Made by a program: the position numbers and the translations under genes
Shown: piece after piece, positions 33,848 to 39,813 of the stretch
Numbering within the stretch: the first letter of the stretch is position 1
How the letters are laid out: each line of letters starts with the position of its first letter
The notes under the pieces: generated by a model
What the model saw: only the letters and a program-made list of their open reading frames with translations
Database searches by the model: none
Told to the model about the DNA's origin: nothing
Assembly (NCBI GenBank): GCA_964342815.1
Contig: CAYFHS010000039.1
Location: forward strand, 1-39,813
Source of the DNA: an uncultured archaeon
Lineage (GTDB): Archaea > Thermoplasmatota > Penumbrarchaeia > JASLWR01
Direction of reading: 5' to 3'
DNA length: 39,813 nucleotides

Positions 33848-36800
33848 CTATTTCTTTGTCTCAGGCGGGATGGCAGATTTATCTCCGCATTCATCACCAG
33901 GGACGGACCTTGCAGTGCTTTTCAATTTCACCCTTTTTCGGACCATTATCTTACGGACGGCGTGATGTGATGTATTCTTCATAATACACCCCTCGATCAC
34001 AAGTTCCTCATTTCTCTTCCAATGGTTTTTTACAATCAAGCTCAACACGATCCCGGTAGAAAGAACTGCCATGATTACAAGTATATAAATTGAGCCATCG
34101 GGCATCTTTTCTCTTGGCTTATCATTCTTTTCTGCATATTGTGCTGCTACCGTAAAGCTATCGACGAACTCGTCCACTTCGCCGTCGTCATCGGTCACCT
34201 TCAACTTGACAGTGACGCTACCCGCATATGAAAAAGAAGTTTTTATTGTCTCTCCCCTGTAGGTTCTCCCATCTTCGAATTCCCAATCGAATTCGACGAT
34301 CCGCCCGTCTCTATCGAATGCGGCGGAAGCATTAAACACAACCTTCTGTCCCGTTATTATCCTATCCGGTACCGAAAATATTGCAGTTGGTGCCCTGTTC
34401 AGTATCTCAGCTTCAAGGAAATGGCTGCTGCGCCCCCCGTCGTTATCCATGGCAGTGATGTTTATTTCATAGGTCCCGTCATCGGTGTAACGATGCTCCT
34501 TTGTGATATTAAACCTCGCTCGGTAGTTCAGCAAAGATAATCCCATTGATGAAATATATGTATCGTTCCCGTCCCCCCATCCCACGGATAAATTGATGAT
34601 GAAGCCGTCCAGGTCCCTCACGCCGGAAAGGTTCAGAAACAGGGTGGAGAAAGTTTTGGCTTCATTGGTGTTGAGCGCTGCTTTGACGACCGGAGGTCTG
34701 TTGGATATGAATATATCACGCTTATTCGGGATCACATTTACCTTGCCAATATCGTTTTTCACGCGAAGCTCAACCTTATATAAGCCATATTTGTAATATA
34801 TATGCTCCATAAGGGCCGAGTAGGTCCAGCCGCTGTTGTTCCCGTCCCCGAAATCGAAAAAGTATTGAGTAATATTATTATTCTTATCGAACGAGAGGGA
34901 TCCATTAAACAGGATGCTGGTAAGTGTCTCGGTGGAAAAAAGGCCCGAAGGGTTATGGGAACTCATCCCGGCAGAGATCCTCAATATGGAAATTGGTGTG
35001 AAATCCATTGGGTCCGGGTCGTCCCCGTCCTCGAGTTCGTCCCCGTCGCTGTCCGGGTCGAAAGGATCAGTCCCCGCCGCGTATTCGGCAAGATTATCAA
35101 GCCCGTCCCCGTCGTGGTCAATTTCACCGTCGGATCGGCTCAAAGGGTCCGTACCCATACTGAGTTCCCACCCATCAGGCATCCCGTCCGAGTCACTGTC
35201 AGCATTATTCGGATCGGTTCCCATATCAAGCTCGCTGCCGTCACAAATACCATCGTTATCGGTATCGGGATCAGTGGGGTGTGTGCCGACAGTCCATTCC
35301 AGGTAGTTCAGAACCCCGTCCCCGTCAGAGTCCCAGATCCCATCCTCTCCCGAGAATGGTTCCAGAAAGAAACGTTCCTCCCACCAGTTGGGCATTCCGT
35401 CGCGGTCGAGATCATTCTCATAGAGCTTTTCACCGTCGGGTATCCCGTCGTAATCGGAGTCATAGCTTCCCGGGTCCGTTCCATAATGAAACTCTTCGAG
35501 ATTTGACAGTATCTCCCGCTCGTCCAGAACCCCGTCCCCGTTCCAATCGAATCCATCGCGATCCGCGTCCAGCCCGGCGTCCGTATTACTTGACGGATCC
35601 ATCGTGTAGCTGCTATTGTTCGGATCCCATCTTGTGTAGGTAGTTTCCCATTTGTCCGGTATCCCATCCCTATCGCTGTCTTTGGTAACGGGGGTGCAAG
35701 CCCATTCGAATTCCCCGACATTATCAAGCCCGTCGCCGTCCTGATCACCATTGGGATCTTGCACCGTGGGATCGCCCGCAGCGTAATGCTCCCACCCGTC
35801 CGGCATCCCATCGCCATCGGTGTCGGGATTGAGGGGGTCGCAGTTCAGTTCCATCTCAATTCCATCCGCTAATCCGTCAAGGTCGGAGTCAGCTTCGGCA
35901 GGCTGAAGAGCGTTCCAGTATTCCTCCAAATTTGAAAGTCCGTCCCGGTCCGGGTCAGCCCAGCGGTCATCCGAATATTTATCGCTCCCGTATTCAAGTT
36001 CCCAGGCATCAGGCAGTCCATCCTCGTCCGTATCTCTGCTTACATTCAGCGATATTTCCACGGAACCCCCGAAAAGGAACTCGGCTCCGGTACCTTCAAT
36101 TTGGCTGAGTTCCATAAGGAGCCGATGCTGCCCCTCCTGGTGAAAGAACAGCTCGAAAGAGATCTCGCGATTCTTCCAAGGTTCAACGTCCAGGCTTCCG
36201 CTTGCCAATATTTCGGCCTCATCCTCCCGCACAGCCCGTGAAACATTCGACCTACCGGATAGCACTTTTATGAGGAGCCTGCAGTTTTGGGTGCCGACGT
36301 TGCTGATCTTCATTTTCAGCTTCACCGGCTGACCTGCCAGAGCATACTCCGGTTCTATGGAAACGTCTTCCCGGCAAAATTCTATCATGGCTCTCGACCT
36401 GCCGAACGCGTATAATTTGCCGTCCGGGGCATCGCCGCTTACGAACATTATTTCGGAAGACACTGCGGAGGACGCCGTTACGTCCGCAGCAGTTTCGTAG
36501 GTAAATTTGTGACTGCCCGTATCCACATCCAGGGCGATTATATTATTTCCTTTGAGACCCAGGTAGAGGGTCCCGTTTGCTACCGTGGGAGAGGCTATTG
36601 CATAAGCGCCTGTATTGTAACTCCACAGCTTCGTACCGTCGTACTTGTTGAGAGCGTGAACCTGCCCGTCCGATCGATGTCCTACCACGAATAACCGGTT
36701 TCCGGAAACAGCTGGAGACGAGTAGAGGAAATCACCGATGAAAGTCTTCCAGATACCTTGGCCGTCAGATCCGTTCAACATATATACGAAACCATCCCAG

Positions 36801-38329
36801 GAGCTTATTGCCACGTTCCCGGTTGTGGGGTCGAAGGTCGGCGATGACTTGACCGCATGTCCCGTTGAGAAATTCCAGATAAGATCGGACCCGTTAAGGG
36901 ATTTTCCCTGCAGCCCCTGGTCGCCGTCTGCCATACCGTTCATGTCCAGTGCATAGATATCGTTATCGTTTGAACCCACATAAACCAATCCCAGTTCGGG
37001 GGAGATGGCCGGTGATGAATGAATATCGCCGGAAGCATTGAAGGCCCACAGCAGCTTTCCTGTTTTTGAATTCAGGGCCAGCAATTGGCCCTTCCGCGTC
37101 CCCACATCGGAGCCCACGAATAATTTTCCGTTGTATACCGTGGGGGATGAACCCACCCAGCCGCCTGTATCGTACCGCCATATTTCCTTCCCTGTCTCAT
37201 AGTCCAGAGCATATACATTGTGATCATATGAGCCTATAAAAACCATTTCTTCTGTAATGGATGGGGTGGAATGAATGCCTTTTTCCGAATCGTCAGTCTG
37301 AAACTCCCAGATTGCCTCTCCCGTGAACTTGTTGAACGCCGATACCTTCCCGGTATCCCCGCCTACGATCACCTTGTCCCCGTGGACGGACGGAGAGCTC
37401 TTGGCTGCGGTGTAACTCCCGATGTTGATGTTATCCACAGACCACAGCAGCTCTGCTCCCCGGGGTCCGTCGAAACCGGTAAAACCCGAGTTATATATGT
37501 CGTGTCTGAACATTGGCCACGAGCTGTTATCCACCGGGTCTACGTATATCTTCCGGCAGGCAAGATTGTTCGTCGGATCAAGGTCTTCCGGAGAAACATG
37601 GTCGATGCTCACCCAAATGATATGATTGCCCGGGACCGCTTTCCAGCTGAAGGAAACACATTTTTGGCCTTTTTGGGAAACATTCAAAAACGTTTCTCCG
37701 ATAAGATTTTTAGATGAAGTCCCGTCGAGGAAAACCGATACGCGACAATGCCCGTCTCTTCCGCCTATGTTCCGAACATAACTGTTTATCTGGACCGTGG
37801 AATTGACGGTGGGCAGATCGGGTTCCACGAATATATGTTTCGAGTTGATGAGAAGATCAGGGGCGTTCTCTTCTACCTTTACGGTAGCTCGGTATTGCGA
37901 ATATTCGTGGGTCATATCTCCGCTGAACACCAGCAAAACGGTGTATTCACCCGGGGGTCTATGAACTGTCTGATTGAATGAGAATCTCCCGAGATCTCCC
38001 CCAACCTTTCCGGTAGTGGTCTCACTCACCAGTTCGTTGTCCCAGAATAGTTTTATTTTCTTGTCCAGGAGACGCGTGTGCTCCTCCGTGGTCATGAGAA
38101 GGCCCGATATACCATAGATATGCTCATTAAAAACCTTGGGGGGCGGAAATGCCTCGATAAAGGTTGAAATCTTCTCCTCCGCCCTGACTTCCGGATCATT
38201 TTCTATGGTATTGAGTGTATGGCCCTTAGCATCCTCTATCTTTGGAATCACTGCTTGGAGATTGAAAAGTAACAGAATGACGACAGTGGAAAATATGTAA
38301 AATGAGATAAAATTTTTCGGACGACGCAT
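33848..38329 (-). CDS. Giant surface protein: CARDB + PQQ-type beta-propeller + about a dozen TSP3-like DxDxDG repeats + PKD domains + TM anchor
   Basis: WPMFRHD..NSG. Repeated SSP.V....VF.GS.D..VYAL...TG...W blades. Many DSD.DG(L/M/I)PD.WE units. FDFGDG and FDWEFEDG PKD cores. C-terminal TM helix. Confidence 0.87.
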   Translation of the reverse strand: MRRPKNFISFYIFSTVVILLLFNLQAVIPKIEDAKGHTLNTIENDPEVRAEEKISTFIEAFPPPKVFNEHIYGISGLLMTTEEHTRLLDKKIKLFWDNELVSETTTGKVGGDLGRFSFNQTVHRPPGEYTVLLVFSGDMTHEYSQYRATVKVEENAPDLLINSKHIFVEPDLPTVNSTVQINSYVRNIGGRDGHCRVSVFLDGTSSKNLIGETFLNVSQKGQKCVSFSWKAVPGNHIIWVSIDHVSPEDLDPTNNLACRKIYVDPVDNSSWPMFRHDIYNSGFTGFDGPRGAELLWSVDNINIGSYTAAKSSPSVHGDKVIVGGDTGKVSAFNKFTGEAIWEFQTDDSEKGIHSTPSITEEMVFIGSYDHNVYALDYETGKEIWRYDTGGWVGSSPTVYNGKLFVGSDVGTRKGQLLALNSKTGKLLWAFNASGDIHSSPAISPELGLVYVGSNDNDIYALDMNGMADGDQGLQGKSLNGSDLIWNFSTGHAVKSSPTFDPTTGNVAISSWDGFVYMLNGSDGQGIWKTFIGDFLYSSPAVSGNRLFVVGHRSDGQVHALNKYDGTKLWSYNTGAYAIASPTVANGTLYLGLKGNNIIALDVDTGSHKFTYETAADVTASSAVSSEIMFVSGDAPDGKLYAFGRSRAMIEFCREDVSIEPEYALAGQPVKLKMKISNVGTQNCRLLIKVLSGRSNVSRAVREDEAEILASGSLDVEPWKNREISFELFFHQEGQHRLLMELSQIEGTGAEFLFGGSVEISLNVSRDTDEDGLPDAWELEYGSDKYSDDRWADPDRDGLSNLEEYWNALQPAEADSDLDGLADGIEMELNCDPLNPDTDGDGMPDGWEHYAAGDPTVQDPNGDQDGDGLDNVGEFEWACTPVTKDSDRDGIPDKWETTYTRWDPNNSSYTMDPSSNTDAGLDADRDGFDWNGDGVLDEREILSNLEEFHYGTDPGSYDSDYDGIPDGEKLYENDLDRDGMPNWWEERFFLEPFSGEDGIWDSDGDGVLNYLEWTVGTHPTDPDTDNDGICDGSELDMGTDPNNADSDSDGMPDGWELSMGTDPLSRSDGEIDHDGDGLDNLAEYAAGTDPFDPDSDGDELEDGDDPDPMDFTPISILRISAGMSSHNPSGLFSTETLTSILFNGSLSFDKNNNITQYFFDFGDGNNSGWTYSALMEHIYYKYGLYKVELRVKNDIGKVNVIPNKRDIFISNRPPVVKAALNTNEAKTFSTLFLNLSGVRDLDGFIINLSVGWGDGNDTYISSMGLSLLNYRARFNITKEHRYTDDGTYEINITAMDNDGGRSSHFLEAEILNRAPTAIFSVPDRIITGQKVVFNASAAFDRDGRIVEFDWEFEDGRTYRGETIKTSFSYAGSVTVKLKVTDDDGEVDEFVDSFTVAAQYAEKNDKPREKMPDGSIYILVIMAVLSTGIVLSLIVKNHWKRNEELVIEGCIMKNTSHHAVRKIMVRKRVKLKSTARSVPGDECGDKSAIPPETKK

Positions 38330-38368
38330 GAGCTTAATAATGTTTCAATGAAATAAAAGTCTTTTCCC

Positions 38369-39319
38369 TCATCTCCGTCTGTCCTTTCGCCCGTTTTTCT
38401 TTTTTCCACCAAGGGTACCGGATGAAAGAAGCAGTTTAAGATCATCGAGTCCCATCTTCTGTTCCTTTTCCAGTTTATCTTTGGCTAGGGTTAATTTTTC
38501 ACGGTTGCTCAACCTCAGTTTGTTTCCCCGTGCATGTTCCTTTCGCCGTTTGAGATATCTTGCCTCGGCCTGCACCCTTGTCTTTGCGATCCTAACCGCT
38601 TCGATGGTCAGGTAGAGGTCGTTGATCTCCTTTTTGAGCTGCGAGATCTCATTCGAGCGCACGTCCATGTCACGGCTGAGGCGACCCTTCTCCTTGAACT
38701 TACCCAGTGATGCGAAGTGCTCTTCCTGCGCCATTTGTTTCTCTTGGTTTATTTCCTGATAGGCGTTCCACTGTTCTTCCTGCTTTGTTTTCAAAATTTT
38801 ATAGTTCGCAACCATCTCCTTGTGGAATGCGTCCGCCTTCATTCCCGCCTCTATTCTCTTCTGCAGATCCGGGATCATGTTGAAAAGAAGGATTTCCTCC
38901 TTGAGGCTTATCTCCATGGTAAGAAGAGTATTGAACTGTCCAGTGATCTGTTTTTTAAAATATTCCACCTTTCCCCTTGCTTTCTTATTATAGCTATCTC
39001 TTTCCGCCTTCAGCTGCGACACCTTTTCCGAAAGAACATCTATCTCTTTTTTCAGGGCCTTCACATACTTTCTTCTGGGAGAAACCTTTGTGTGAAGTTC
39101 ATCCCGTTTATCCCTGTGGTCCTTTCCTTCACCGATCAGTTTCCGAATATTGTTGAGGATCTCCTTCTTTTCCTCGTACAGTTCGTCTATCCGTCTTCTT
39201 TTCTCGTCGATGAGACCCATTATCCGATTCACTTCGCTCTCCTTTTTGAAGGCGTTCTTTTCCACTTTCCGGAGGTCCCTTTCAAGTTCATCCTTGCTTT
39301 CATACACTTTTGCGGACAT
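38369..39319 (-). CDS. Archaeal long coiled-coil protein (COG1340-like)
   Basis: Heptad-rich K/E/R sequence with RDKRDELH..V, ERDSYN.KA, AD.FH, and A..KLE...K..LDDL.LL near the end. Confidence 0.65.
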   Translation of the reverse strand: MSAKVYESKDELERDLRKVEKNAFKKESEVNRIMGLIDEKRRRIDELYEEKKEILNNIRKLIGEGKDHRDKRDELHTKVSPRRKYVKALKKEIDVLSEKVSQLKAERDSYNKKARGKVEYFKKQITGQFNTLLTMEISLKEEILLFNMIPDLQKRIEAGMKADAFHKEMVANYKILKTKQEEQWNAYQEINQEKQMAQEEHFASLGKFKEKGRLSRDMDVRSNEISQLKKEINDLYLTIEAVRIAKTRVQAEARYLKRRKEHARGNKLRLSNREKLTLAKDKLEKEQKMGLDDLKLLLSSGTLGGKKKNGRKDRRR

Positions 39320-39325
39320 TTTCGT

Positions 39326-39813
39326 CTACCTGCTCTTTTTTTCTACATTATTCGGTGTGCGCTCGCTTTTTTCCACCCCGTTTTCCCCCTTCTTTTTTTC
39401 ATCGTGAACAGTCTCTTCATTACTTTTTTCTTCGATGGGTACAAGTACCACCAGATCGCATTCTTTAGGCTGAATTGCCTGCTGCTTCTCATTCTGCTGA
39501 GGAACCGACGAGGTATCTGGTTCTTCATCCTTTTCGACCATTTTGTTTATCTCGTCGACTTTCTTATCATTCTCCGCTTCGGATGTTTCCTTTATGGTTT
39601 TATCTACTTCGACATTCTTATCTTCATCTGTTACGGAGCTTTCCCTTTTGGTTTTATCTACTTCGACTTTCTTATCTTCATCTGTTACGGAGCTTTCCTT
39701 TTTTGTTTTATCTACTTCGACTTTCTTATCTTCATCTGTTACGGAGCTTTCCCTTTTAGTTTTATCTACTTCGACATTCTTATCTTCATCTGTTACGGAG
39801 CTTTCCTTTTTTG
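39326..39813 (-). CDS. 3' part of a low-complexity acidic/Lys-rich protein, truncated by the window edge
   Basis: The frame of the 39326-39541 ORF has no stop from 39813 downward. It encodes (ESSVTDEDK[K/N]VEVDKTK[R/K])n, and its stop lies 6 nt before the coiled-coil start. Confidence 0.8.
   Translation of the reverse strand, partial: KKESSVTDEDKNVEVDKTKRESSVTDEDKKVEVDKTKKESSVTDEDKKVEVDKTKRESSVTDEDKNVEVDKTIKETSEAENDKKVDEINKMVEKDEEPDTSSVPQQNEKQQAIQPKECDLVVLVPIEEKSNEETVHDEKKKGENGVEKSERTPNNVEKKSR
39597..39813. repeat. 54-bp coding tandem repeat, at least 4 near-identical copies
   Basis: TATCTACTTCGAC recurs at 39601, 39655, 39709 and 39763. A degenerate unit lies at ~39543-39596. The array runs off the window edge. 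Confidence 0.95.

Noticed and set aside
15545-37981. Long antisense or alternate-frame ORFs (e.g. 15545-15979, 16994-17788, 20491-21285, 24228-24917, 28860-29459, 34802-35506)
   Set aside because: These are shadow ORFs fully overlapping well-supported genes, as expected from codon bias and repeats.
39597-39813. CRISPR array
   Set aside because: The units are contiguous 54-bp in-frame repeats with no unique spacers. No cas genes or repeat-spacer arrays occur anywhere in the window.

Overview
Archaeal DNA, most likely Thermoplasmatota. This is inferred from TATA boxes, GGTGA/GGAGG ribosome-binding sites, a tRNA without encoded CCA, Trm5, and giant PKD/CARDB surface proteins. The window has two parts. 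(1) About 1-12,540 is an accessory region on the 3' side of a tRNA-Lys(CTT). It holds a flavodiiron protein, four paralogous mini winged-HTH genes interleaved with a DsrE-family gene and an RxxxxH (HEPN-like) gene, and a tandem pair of secreted 3xLamG + caspase/legumain-fold peptidases. A fixed-spacing motif (TTTTCCG-N16-TTAC, usually followed by a TATA box) recurs five times at module boundaries. Three copies precede dead remnants of the same small 'MGRS(V)P' gene, and two of those remnants carry an ~87-nt hairpin insertion. (2) 13,000-39,813 looks mostly chromosomal. It holds trm5, DUF4350/DUF58/membrane genes, a clostripain, three giant membrane-anchored surface proteins, an AT-rich metalloprotease + lipoprotein pair, a VapBC-type toxin-antitoxin pair, a coiled-coil protein, and a truncated gene with a 54-bp tandem repeat. 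All family assignments come from motif recognition by eye; no database search was run.
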